In this document: positions 33,946-43,700 of the stretch, piece after piece
How the letters are laid out: every line of letters begins with the position of its first letter
How positions within the stretch are numbered: position 1 is the first letter of the stretch
Source: a virus
IMG/VR virus record: IMGVR_UViG_3300018411_000004
Length of the DNA stretch: 53,756 nucleotides
Direction: 5' to 3' (one strand)
Notes under the pieces: generated by a model
The model's input: the letters and a program-made list of their open reading frames with translations, nothing else
Databases searched by the model: none
What the model was told of the DNA's origin: nothing
Program-made: the position numbers and the translations under genes

Positions 33946-34332
33946 ATGTTAAAAAAAGCTATTAGATACATAGATTATAATGATGTCGAAAGAACCGAAG
34001 AGTTCTACTTTAATTTATCAAAAGCTGAATTGGCGGAGATGGAGTTATCAACAAAGGGTGGCTATGCCGAAATGCTGAAGCGGATTGTTGAAGCTGAAGA
34101 TGCTCCGACAGTTATTGCTGAATTTAAAGATTTAATCTTAAAATCTTACGGTAAGAAATCTGATGACGGTAAACGATTCATCAAATCTAAAGAATTATCG
34201 GAAGAGTTCTCACAAACGGAAGCTTATTCAGAATTATTTATGGAGCTCGCAGTCGATGCAGATGCTGCTTCAGCATTCGTAAACGGCGTAATCCCAGCTC
34301 AGCTCCAACCCGCGGAATCGGAATCGAAATAA
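33946..34332 (+). CDS. Tail assembly chaperone (tentative)
   Basis: 128 aa, acidic. Lies between the major tail protein and the tape measure. Confidence 0.5.
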   Translation: MLKKAIRYIDYNDVERTEEFYFNLSKAELAEMELSTKGGYAEMLKRIVEAEDAPTVIAEFKDLILKSYGKKSDDGKRFIKSKELSEEFSQTEAYSELFMELAVDADAASAFVNGVIPAQLQPAESESK

Positions 34333-34354
34333 AAATGTAAAGGAGAACTAGAGA

Positions 34355-34900
34355 ATGTTACAAATAACTATTCCCGCTACTGAAATGTGGGACGAACTTA
34401 ACCAAGAATTTACTTCAACAAAAGCACAAACAATACAACTGGAGCATTCTCTAGTATCCATTTCAAAATGGGAAGCAAAATGGCAAAAACCATTCCTAAC
34501 AAAAGAACCAAAAACATCAGAAGAGATTTTGGACTACATAAAATGTATGACTCTGACTCAAAACGTTAACCCCTCAACATATGAACGATTATCATTCAAG
34601 AATGTTACCGATATTAACGACTACGTAGAATCGGCAAGGACCGCTACGTCCATTAACGAACAAAAGAAAACTCACACCGGTAACGGGGAACAGATAACTT
34701 CAGAATTAATTTATTACCGGATGGTGGCTTTAAATATCCCGTTCGAATGTCAGAAGTGGCATTTAAATAGATTACTCACACTTATCAGGATATGTAACAT
34801 AAAGAATCAACCTCCTGAAAAGAGAAACAAGCGAGAAATAATGAGTAGAAACGCTGCTTTAAACGCTGCCAGAAGAAAACAATTAAACAGTAAGGGGTGA
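34355..34900 (+). CDS. Tail assembly chaperone-like (Gp15-like) protein
   Basis: 181 aa. Call from position and the LEHSLVSISKWEAKWQKPFL pattern. Confidence 0.45.
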   Translation: MLQITIPATEMWDELNQEFTSTKAQTIQLEHSLVSISKWEAKWQKPFLTKEPKTSEEILDYIKCMTLTQNVNPSTYERLSFKNVTDINDYVESARTATSINEQKKTHTGNGEQITSELIYYRMVALNIPFECQKWHLNRLLTLIRICNIKNQPPEKRNKREIMSRNAALNAARRKQLNSKG

Positions 34901-34904
34901 CGAC

Positions 34905-35282
34905 ATGATCACTTTTAAACAGACAGGAGATTTTTCCAAGACTAAAAAATCTATGACTAAAATGAAAGAAGCGACCAGAAAAGGTATACTGGATAAATAC
35001 GGACAGGCTGGAGTTTCAGCTTTAGCCGGGGCGACTCCGTTGGAGAGTGGTAGAACAGCTTCATCTTGGACCTATGAGATCGAAAGTAATTCATCTGGCG
35101 CTAAAATATCCTTCTCGAACACCAATGTTAATCAAGGTGTAAACATTGCAATTATTTTACAATACGGTCATGGTACAGGGACTGGTGGTTGGGTCGAAGG
35201 TCAAGATTATATTAATCCAGCCATAAGACCAGTGTTCGACAACATCGTTGATGCTGTTTGGAAGGAGGTAACTAGCGCATGA
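34905..35282 (+). CDS. HK97 gp10-like virion protein
   Basis: 125 aa. GATPLESGRTASSW...QYGHGT pattern. Confidence 0.4.
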   Translation: MITFKQTGDFSKTKKSMTKMKEATRKGILDKYGQAGVSALAGATPLESGRTASSWTYEIESNSSGAKISFSNTNVNQGVNIAIILQYGHGTGTGGWVEGQDYINPAIRPVFDNIVDAVWKEVTSA

Positions 35283-38200
35283 GTAACACGATAGATCAAA
35301 AAGTTGTAGAAATGCGGTTCGACAATGCTCAGTTTGAAAAAAATGTAAACAATAGTATGTCGACTATCGATAAATTAAAACAGGCTCTAAACTTCAAAGG
35401 CACTTCAGATGGCCTCAGTAACTTATCAGCTAATATAAAAGGTTTTACAATGACCGCGATGTCCACTGCAGCTGAGCAGGTTGGAATGAGGTTTTCAGCA
35501 TTAGAAGTAATGGGTGTAACGGCCCTAGCCAATATTACAAATGCTGCAGTCAACGCTGGTAAAAACATTATATCAGCGTTGACCATTGAGCCCGTACTAT
35601 CGGGTTTCCATGAATACGAAACTAAGATGGATTCCATACAAACAATTATGACAAACACAGCCAGTAAAGGCACGACGATGAATGATGTCATAAAAGTTAT
35701 CGACGACTTAAATCTTTATGCTGATAAGACCATTTATAATTTTGCTGAGATGACTCGAAATATCGGAACCTTTACCGCAGCTGGAGTTGGTCTAGAACCT
35801 GCCGCCGCAGCTATTAAAGGTATTGCCAATCTTGCAGCAGCATCTGGATCTAATTCAATGCAAGCATCGACAGCCATGTATCAGCTATCTCAAGCATTGG
35901 CAACCGGTACTGTAAAACTCATGGACTGGAATTCTGTAGTTAATGCTGGTATGGGTGGTGAGTTATTTCAAAATGCCTTGAAGGATACAGCTAGAACTCA
36001 TGGTGTGGCGGTAGATGCCATAATTGCAAAGCAAGGTTCTTTTAGAGATTCATTACAAGAAGGCTGGTTAACGGCGGATATCCTAAATGAGACTCTTAAC
36101 AACTTCACTAAAGACGGAGCAGCTAATTACGCTAAGAGTATGGTTGAATCCGGTAAGTGGACTCAAGCTCAAGCCGACGCATTGATGAACCAAGCAGCTA
36201 TGATGGAAGATGCTGCGACTAAAGTAAAGACGTATACTCAATTATGGAGCACTTTGAAAGAAGCTGCCCAATCAGGTTGGGGTAAAACCTGGGAGATAAT
36301 CATTGGCGATTTCGGTGAAGCTAAAGAACTATTCACCTCAATATCCGATGTTATTGGAGGTATGATAAATCGATCTTCGGATGCTCGTAACGAACTATTA
36401 ACATTATGGAAAGCTTTTGGCGGACGAGATATATTATTCGACGGCGTTCGAATATTATTCGACGATGTCATGATTGTGGTCAACGCCTTTAAAGAGGCTA
36501 TGGCTGAGATATTTCCTCCGATAACTTACGATAAATTAGTATCTTTTTCAGCATCATTCAAGGAATTCGCATATAACTTACGACTCAGCGATGATAATGT
36601 AGCAAAACTTAAGGATGTCTTTAGCGGCTTATTATCAATAATTGACATGGCGATCAAAGGTATATCTAACTTCTTGGGAGTTGTCAGTCCAGGCGCTTCT
36701 ATTCTTGGAAATTTTGCTCAATCAGCGTTAGACTGGGCTGCTGGTGTTGGTCGATGGTTAACCGAGCTTAATAAAGGTTATGAAGGTTTTAAAGAAGTTG
36801 GAACTGCCGCCGAAACAATGCATGAAAGCGTTAATACCTCGGTTAAAGGTGTGGAACAAACATTAAAGGACTCTGGAATTGAGCCATTAGTATCTAAAAT
36901 AAAAGAAGCGTTTTCAAGTCTATCAGGAGCTGGTGAAGGTGGTAGTCCTTTAGGTTTTGATAACATTGCTAAAATTTTAGGTGCTGGGTTTGTTGGTGGG
37001 ATTGGCCTCGGTTTTGTAAAACTCGTTATGGGTTTAAGTAAACCAATGGAAATACTTAACAGTATCGGAGATTCTATTGCTAAAAGTTTTAAACAATTAA
37101 CTGGGATACTGAAAGCGTTCCAAATGCAAATCCAGGCTAAAGCCTTATTGTCAATAGCGATTGCTATAGGTATTTTAGCAGCATCCTTATGGTTATTATC
37201 AACGATTGATACGACACAATTATTAGTGTCGATGGGCGGTATAATCGCTTTATTCGCAGTTCTTATCGGATCTATGAAAGTTCTATCGATGCTCGATCTA
37301 GATTTCAAAGGTAAACTGTTTAAAAATATAGCATTAATGTTTGCTCTGGCTACAGCTATATTAATACTGTCATTTGCGTTGAAGAATATCGCAGACCTTA
37401 GCTGGGAACAATTAGCGAAGGGATTGATCGGTATAACGGTATTACTTGGAGCCATGACAGGCGTTCTATTTATTTTAGCAAAAGGAAAAGGTAAGATTTT
37501 AGAAGGTACCATGACCATTGCCGCTTTTGCAGCAGCAGTGCAAGTTTTAGTAACTGCCGTTGAGAAACTAGCAAATTTAAGTTGGGAACAACTAGCAAAA
37601 GGTCTTCTTGGAGTATGCGTGCTGCTAGCGGCAATTGTTTTAGTAAGTGAAAAAGTTCAAACAACTGATAAATTAGCTGCTATCGGCTTTGGGATAATTT
37701 TAATGGCCGTGGGTATAAAAATCATAGCATCTGCAGTTGAAGATTTAGCTTCTCTGGAATGGGAACAGCTATTGAAAGGTTTGATAGGCTTTGCGGCGAT
37801 ATTAGCAGGACTAACGTTATTTATATCGAAATTATCAGGTATAATGGATAATGGTAAGGGCGGTTTAACTGTCAACTTAATCAAAATAGGGGCTGGGTTA
37901 GTATTATTGGCAATAGCTCTTAATTTATTAACGGATGCCGTTAGAAGTTTAGCTGGATTAAGCTGGGAACAATTACTTACAGGACTTACTGGTGTTGGAG
38001 CTTTGTTGGTTGGTATAGCTTTATTCGCAAAGGCTAACAATAAATTAGAAGCCGATCTAATACGTGTTGGTTCCGGTGTCTTGATAATGGCGGTTGGTAT
38101 AAAAATTTTAGCAAGCGCTGTTAGAGATCTTGCTGGGTTAAATCCCGAGCAACTCATAACAGGACTTATCGGCGTTGGAGCCTTATTAGGCGGTTTAGCC

Positions 38201-40048
38201 GCTTTTGCAAGTTTACCAGAGCTTAATAAAGACCTACTTGTAGTGGGTGCAGGTTTACTTCTGGCGTCGATCGGTATAAAAATATTAGCCGGAGCGTTAG
38301 TTACTCTTGGATCTATGAGTCCAGAGCAGTTAATCACCGGATTAGCAGCTATTGGTGGGTCATTACTTATACTTTCAGTTGGGTTATTGGCAATGTCCGA
38401 AACGATTGGTGGATCAATAGCTTTAGGTATAGCGGCATTTGCGATAGCAATATTAGTTCCATCGTTATTGTTATTATCTACAGTTAATCTTGGTCAACTT
38501 GGGCTTAGTTTATTAGCCGTAGCGGGTGCGCTTGCGGTATTTGGCGTGGCTGCGAGTTTGCTAACTCCGGTGATTATACCATTACTCTTATTATCTGGAG
38601 CCTTCGCACTAATCGCTGTTGGAGCTTTGGTATTAGCAACTGCTTTCTACGTTGCCGCAAGTAGTCTAACGGTTTTGGCCGACGGTTTAACAAAACTTGG
38701 ATCTATATCACCTGACACCATTGGAGCAGCTTTCGAGACTCTTAAAACCACATTAGATAGCTTTGCTCAAATAATACCCTCACTCGTGAACGTTATGACT
38801 CAAGGGATCATCGCCATGGCTCAATCAGTTATAACAACTGCTCCTGTAATTGCGGCGGCTATATTAACAGTACTTGGACAGGTTCTAGCTGGTTTTGGAA
38901 CATTACTACCGCAGATAGCAACCTTATTCATGCAATTATTAACGGTGTTGTGTCAGGTAATCGTTGAGGGCATACCGATGATTGCTCAAGCGTTCTTAAC
39001 ATTGATTATATCTTTGTTAGAAACGATAGCAACAAATATACCACTCTTAATACAAGCGGGAGTCGACATCATCGTAGCATTCGCAATGGGCGTAGCTACC
39101 GCCGTACCTCAATTAGTAGATGCTGGTTTTCAAGCTATCATAGCTTTCATAAACGGTCTTGCGGAAGCCATCCGAAGCAATACTGATCCAATGATCGCAG
39201 CTGTGAATAATTTATTCGATGCTGTTGTCGAAGCTGGTAAAGCGGTTCTAATGAATTCTATCGGTGGTTTCTTAGACGCCGGTAGTGCGATCATGAATAG
39301 TGGTTTCATATCAGGTATTACCGGAGCTATTGGCGGGGTTATCGGAGCAATTGGCAACATCATATCTTCGGCTTACAATGCGGCTAAAAACGGCATTAGT
39401 CAATTCTTCCAAGTTGGTGCTGATATGATTCAGGGTATGATCGATGGTATATTGGGAGCTGTTGGAGGTTTAATCGACGCTGCAGCAAGCGCTGCTTCAA
39501 GTGCGTTGACAGCAGCTAAAAATGCTGTGCTAAGCAACTCACCATCCAAAAGATTCATGTGGCTTGGTGAAGACTGCGACGACGGTATGGTTATTGGTTT
39601 CTACAACAACGCAGGACTCGTCGCAAATGCCGCTGCGTCGGTCGCTAAAGATTCGTTATCGGTTATGAGTAACACTATATCTAAAATCGGAACATCTATA
39701 TTAGATGGTATTGATGCTCAACCAACGATCAGACCGGTAATGGATCTGACAGGAATTCAAAATGGAGTAAAAGAAGCGAATAGTCTATGGGGAAATAATA
39801 GTATGAATCTGGCAACATCTGCGAGAGTTACTAAAACCATTCAACCATCAGTATTAGACGTCTTAGATGACGTTGTATCATCAACTGTAAACAAAGTTGT
39901 AGCTTCTCTAAGTAACTCTGATGATTCAAAAATATCAATAGAAGTTCCAGTGAATCTGGACGGTAAACAAATAGCTAAAGTTTCAGCGCCACATATCAAC
40001 AACATTTTAGGCGTTAAAGTCGGTTTAGCAGCGAGGGGGCAAGCATGA
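35279..40048 (+). CDS. Tape measure protein with a multi-TM repeat core
   Basis: 1589 aa, Ala/Gly/Leu-rich, with six repeats of about 59 aa containing LSWEQLAKGL. Confidence 0.85.
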   Translation: MSNTIDQKVVEMRFDNAQFEKNVNNSMSTIDKLKQALNFKGTSDGLSNLSANIKGFTMTAMSTAAEQVGMRFSALEVMGVTALANITNAAVNAGKNIISALTIEPVLSGFHEYETKMDSIQTIMTNTASKGTTMNDVIKVIDDLNLYADKTIYNFAEMTRNIGTFTAAGVGLEPAAAAIKGIANLAAASGSNSMQASTAMYQLSQALATGTVKLMDWNSVVNAGMGGELFQNALKDTARTHGVAVDAIIAKQGSFRDSLQEGWLTADILNETLNNFTKDGAANYAKSMVESGKWTQAQADALMNQAAMMEDAATKVKTYTQLWSTLKEAAQSGWGKTWEIIIGDFGEAKELFTSISDVIGGMINRSSDARNELLTLWKAFGGRDILFDGVRILFDDVMIVVNAFKEAMAEIFPPITYDKLVSFSASFKEFAYNLRLSDDNVAKLKDVFSGLLSIIDMAIKGISNFLGVVSPGASILGNFAQSALDWAAGVGRWLTELNKGYEGFKEVGTAAETMHESVNTSVKGVEQTLKDSGIEPLVSKIKEAFSSLSGAGEGGSPLGFDNIAKILGAGFVGGIGLGFVKLVMGLSKPMEILNSIGDSIAKSFKQLTGILKAFQMQIQAKALLSIAIAIGILAASLWLLSTIDTTQLLVSMGGIIALFAVLIGSMKVLSMLDLDFKGKLFKNIALMFALATAILILSFALKNIADLSWEQLAKGLIGITVLLGAMTGVLFILAKGKGKILEGTMTIAAFAAAVQVLVTAVEKLANLSWEQLAKGLLGVCVLLAAIVLVSEKVQTTDKLAAIGFGIILMAVGIKIIASAVEDLASLEWEQLLKGLIGFAAILAGLTLFISKLSGIMDNGKGGLTVNLIKIGAGLVLLAIALNLLTDAVRSLAGLSWEQLLTGLTGVGALLVGIALFAKANNKLEADLIRVGSGVLIMAVGIKILASAVRDLAGLNPEQLITGLIGVGALLGGLAAFASLPELNKDLLVVGAGLLLASIGIKILAGALVTLGSMSPEQLITGLAAIGGSLLILSVGLLAMSETIGGSIALGIAAFAIAILVPSLLLLSTVNLGQLGLSLLAVAGALAVFGVAASLLTPVIIPLLLLSGAFALIAVGALVLATAFYVAASSLTVLADGLTKLGSISPDTIGAAFETLKTTLDSFAQIIPSLVNVMTQGIIAMAQSVITTAPVIAAAILTVLGQVLAGFGTLLPQIATLFMQLLTVLCQVIVEGIPMIAQAFLTLIISLLETIATNIPLLIQAGVDIIVAFAMGVATAVPQLVDAGFQAIIAFINGLAEAIRSNTDPMIAAVNNLFDAVVEAGKAVLMNSIGGFLDAGSAIMNSGFISGITGAIGGVIGAIGNIISSAYNAAKNGISQFFQVGADMIQGMIDGILGAVGGLIDAAASAASSALTAAKNAVLSNSPSKRFMWLGEDCDDGMVIGFYNNAGLVANAAASVAKDSLSVMSNTISKIGTSILDGIDAQPTIRPVMDLTGIQNGVKEANSLWGNNSMNLATSARVTKTIQPSVLDVLDDVVSSTVNKVVASLSNSDDSKISIEVPVNLDGKQIAKVSAPHINNILGVKVGLAARGQA

Positions 40049-40737
40049 TTGCTGATGTAAAAATCGGAGATAAATGGTTACAGGGTGATTTGGGATATGC
40101 ATTCAATGACAAAAACATATCTCAACCAGAACCAAAACTTGTACAATTAGAGATTCCAGGAACGTCTGACATAGTCGATCTTACCGATAGTATCAGCGGA
40201 GATATTGAGTACAAACAGCGAACGATCACTATAAAATTAGAATCAACTCATGGTAAAAATTCCATGTTTGCCAAATTCTCAGATCTGGCTAACCGTTATC
40301 AAGGACGTAAGTTAAAAATCGTTTTCAGCAAAGATTCTGGTTGGTATTGGTTAGGTCGTATATCAGTTTCTGAAGTAACTTCGAAATTTTACGGATCGGT
40401 AATAACCATAACGGCAATTGTCGACCCGTATAAATACGAAACTCAATCGAGTTTAGAACCTTGGTTGTGGGATACCTTTTCATTTAACGATGGTATCATA
40501 AGAAATTACTACGATATCCAAGTTCCAGGGTCACTGACTATAGTAGGTAGACGTAAAAGAGTTTGCCCAAAGATTATCTGTTCAGCAGCAATGAACGTTT
40601 CATATCTTGGAAACATATACCCCTTATCAGCAGGAGAGAACACTGTGCCAGACATATACATCGGTGAAGGCGAGCACATTTTAACCTTTATCGGTTATGG
40701 CACAGTCTCCGTTGACTATAGAGGAGGTTCGTTGTAG
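40045..40737 (+). CDS. Distal tail protein (Dit)
   Basis: 230 aa, directly after the tape measure. Confidence 0.6.
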   Translation: MIADVKIGDKWLQGDLGYAFNDKNISQPEPKLVQLEIPGTSDIVDLTDSISGDIEYKQRTITIKLESTHGKNSMFAKFSDLANRYQGRKLKIVFSKDSGWYWLGRISVSEVTSKFYGSVITITAIVDPYKYETQSSLEPWLWDTFSFNDGIIRNYYDIQVPGSLTIVGRRKRVCPKIICSAAMNVSYLGNIYPLSAGENTVPDIYIGEGEHILTFIGYGTVSVDYRGGSL

Positions 40738-43700
40738 TGAAAATAGGTTATAAAACACATATACAAAATCGAGGTTGGAATCTACAAGTTGTGGATGGCA
40801 CGACCTCAGGAACTGTTGGTGAGGGTCTTCGTATGGAGGCTCTCATATTGGAGTTACTTGAAAAGAACGGTCTCGATATTGCGATCGAAGCTCAGGCGCA
40901 TGTTCAAAATGTAGGCTGGCAACCGTTAAAAACTGACGGTGAGATAATCGGAACAGTTGGTGAATCGTTACGTCTTGAAGCCATACGAATCAGATTAAAA
41001 GGTTTGAACTCTGATAAATACTCAATTAAATATCGAGTGCATGTTGAGAATATTGGTTGGCAGAATTGGTGTAAAGATGGAGAAGTTGCCGGAACAACCA
41101 GTGTAGCTTTAAGAGCTGAAGCAATCGAGATAGTTCTTGAGAAACATAAAGAAGATGTCGTGGTTGTAGTCCCTAACACTCCTACAGATGATCCTACTCA
41201 GAAAATCATACCGATAACAAACCCGAACATCGCCATTCCTCCCGAAAAGATACTGTGTGCAAGTTATTCGACACATGTAGAAAATTACGGATGGGGTAAA
41301 GATGTTACTGACGGTCGACTGAGTGGTAAAGTTGGACAAGGATTACGTATTGAAGCTATCCGAATAGGTCTCATCAATTATGGAAACTTGAATCTAGGAG
41401 TCGCATACTCAACCCATGTTGAAAACCAAGGATGGTTACCAGAGGTAGTAAATAACGCAACATCAGGGACAACGGATCAAGGTTTACGACTTGAAGCAAT
41501 CAAAATCAGATTAACCGGAACAGATTCGGATAAGTATTCTATCTGGTATCGAGTACATGTCCAAAATATCGGTTGGCAGGATTGGTGTAGAGATGGCGAT
41601 GTGGCTGGAACGACTGGCTACGCATTACAAGCCGAAGCGATCCAAATAATCATCACTTTAAAATCTCAGAATATATTAAGAAACCCTGGAGAAGCACCAT
41701 TAATCGCAGTTAACTATAGATCCCATATTCAAAATTTAGCTTGGGGCTCATGGGTTAAAAATGGCGCTAAGTCTGGAACTACCGGTCTTGGTTTACGTAT
41801 GGAAGCTTTCGAAGCGAACCTAACATCTTTGGATGGACTCAACATCGGTATATCCTATCGAGTGCATATCCAAAACGTCGGTTGGCAGGAATGGAAATCA
41901 GACGGTGTAACTGCTGGAACGGTAGGTCAGAGTTTAAGAATCGAAGCTATCGAAATAGTCTTGACCGGTGCCGACGCTTCAAAATACACCGTACAGTATC
42001 GAGGACATCTCGAAAATTCTGGTTGGACTTCTTGGAAGAAGAACGGCGCGACACTTGGAACTACTGGACAAGAATTAAGACTCGAAGCAATATCGATTGT
42101 GCTTATTAAGAATGTCGATCTGAACACCACCATTACAAATGAAATTAAAAACAAAGCTCCAATTATCCAAATATGGGCGTCAGACTTTCCAAAAGCGGAC
42201 GTGTTACTACACGACATTCGAACTGAGTATGAGTTACTTAGTGCCAAGATGGTGGAGGGTATTAATAAATCAACAGGGTTTAACTTCACAATCGATCCAG
42301 AACATCCACACTACAAGAAGTTACGTAAGATGAGCACCACCATTCTTGTATATGAGATTTATTCGAATCTTAAGAAAGAACGCATATTTGAAGGTAGAAT
42401 CACGTCAGATGAGGAAGGTTGGAACAAAACTCGAGACGTAACTTGTGAAGGTGAACTTGGTTATTTACTTGACAGTATACAAAGACCAGCGACGTACGTA
42501 AATGTCACACCAGAGCAATGGATGACGATGGTTCTTGACAACCATAACAGTCAGGTAACATCTGATAAAAGACTTCACATGGGCATATGTACTGTGCTTG
42601 GAGATGGCTCAGGCGTAAATATATCAACCGTTTACAGAACTCATATCGAAAACCTTTCTTGGTTATCATGGGTCCAAAATGGAGTATATAGCGGGACGAC
42701 GGGTTCTGCTTTGCGTATGGAAGCTCTTGAACTTAAACTCGACAAGATTGGAAGTTTAAATATCGGAGTTACGTATCGAGTTCATCTGGGAGATATCGGT
42801 TGGCAGGAATGGAAATCGGACGGAGCAACCGCCGGTACGGTAAGTCAAGGAATCCGTATGGAAGCTATCGAAATAAAGCTAACCGGTGAAGATGCTGGTA
42901 AGTTCTCTATACAGTATTGCGTACATGTTCAAAACGTTGGTTGGCAGGATTGGAAGAAAGATGGAGAAACAGCCGGTACAACAGGTCAAGCTTTACAAGC
43001 AGAAGCCATATCAATCGCTATCGTGTCTAAAGTTGACGGTACGAATGGAAAGCTTGTAGACGGTTTATTCAGAGAGAACGACTACTGTAATACTCTAGAA
43101 CTAATCAAGACTACAATGCTTGACACTCTTGGTGGCGTATTGGTTATCGAGAGAATTGGCGGTATTAAATTCCTAAATTATCTCGAGAATTATGGATCGG
43201 TCAATTCGCAACCTATAATGTTTGGAGTTAATTTACTCGACTATAACAAGATTACGGATGCTAGCGGGATATATACGGCTTTAGTACCTTACGGTAAAGA
43301 AATTGACGGGAAGAAATTAACTATAGCGACAGTGAACAACGATTGCGACTACATCTATGACGAACTGGCTGTTGCCGAGTATGGTTGGATTTTCAAGGAA
43401 TGGGAATGGCCCGATATTGACAGTCCGTCAGCATTATTATATGCGGCTAAGTTAAAATTGGCAGGTCTTATCAAACAGGGAATATCGTTAGATTTAACAG
43501 CGCTTGACTTAAGCATGGTAAATGTTGATATTCAGAAGTTCCAAGTTGGAGACATGGTGCGATGTGTTTCACAACCACATGAGTTCGACACTTTCTTATC
43601 CGTAAGTAAAAAAGAAAGAGATTTATTCGAGCCTGGTAATGACACAACAGTATTGGGTGGAGTAACTCAATCTTTAACAGATAGAATAAGCGGTCCACTT

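Noticed and set aside
36778-38337. Long minus-strand ORFs (36778..37518, 37657..38337, and also 35329..35691) inside the tape measure gene
   Set aside because: They are antisense shadows of a repetitive Ala/Gly/Leu-rich + strand gene. They have no RBS and low-complexity translations, and the + strand ORF is continuous for 1589 codons.
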